Below are positions 63,882 through 64,000 of a stretch of 64,000 bases of DNA, one piece after another. The notes beneath the pieces were generated by a model that did no database searches, was not told the origin of the DNA, and saw nothing but the letters and a program-made list of their open reading frames with translations. Position 1 is the stretch's first letter. Every line of letters starts with the position of its first letter. Position numbers and translations under genes: made by a program. The stretch lies in assembly GCF_009914755.1 (NCBI RefSeq), contig NC_060930.1. One strand, given 5' to 3'. The stretch is from the human T2T-CHM13v2.0 reference genome, Homo sapiens.

Positions 63882-64000
63882 CTAAGTTGCCTTTTGAAGA
63901 GTGTTTTTAAAACCATCTTACCATGTACATTTTGCCTCCTTCAATAACCTTCACAACTTTATTCTTTTTCAAGATTACTAAAACAAATGACAGTCTGGAG

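Overview
This window is primate, almost certainly human, genomic DNA covering the 5' half of IYD (iodotyrosine deiodinase/DEHAL1) on the + strand. Coding exon 1 is 41733-41910 and coding exon 2 is 61895-62086, separated by a 19,984-nt GT-AG intron. A TATA-like box and a perfect CRE lie just upstream of the ATG. Intron 1 hides an old, heavily decayed antisense processed pseudogene of SSR1 (TRAP-alpha) that the ORF track misses. The rest is mostly transposable elements: a decayed ERV-L provirus (gag-pol-dUTPase plus MLT2 LTR), other ERV remnants, many solo or nested LTRs, about 25 Alus, L1/L2/MIR/HAL1 and DNA-transposon fragments. The most unusual structures are: (1) a ~0.8-kb minisatellite apparently expanded from a few ERV-L gag codons; (2) two oppositely oriented MIR segments in intron 1 that are 62/65 identical; (3) a 52-bp fold-back hairpin inside an LTR; (4) a 63-bp x7 G-rich VNTR; and (5) a twin-primed L1. 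I found no evidence for a new multi-gene system. Repeat subfamily names come from my memory of consensus sequences and need RepeatMasker/Dfam confirmation.
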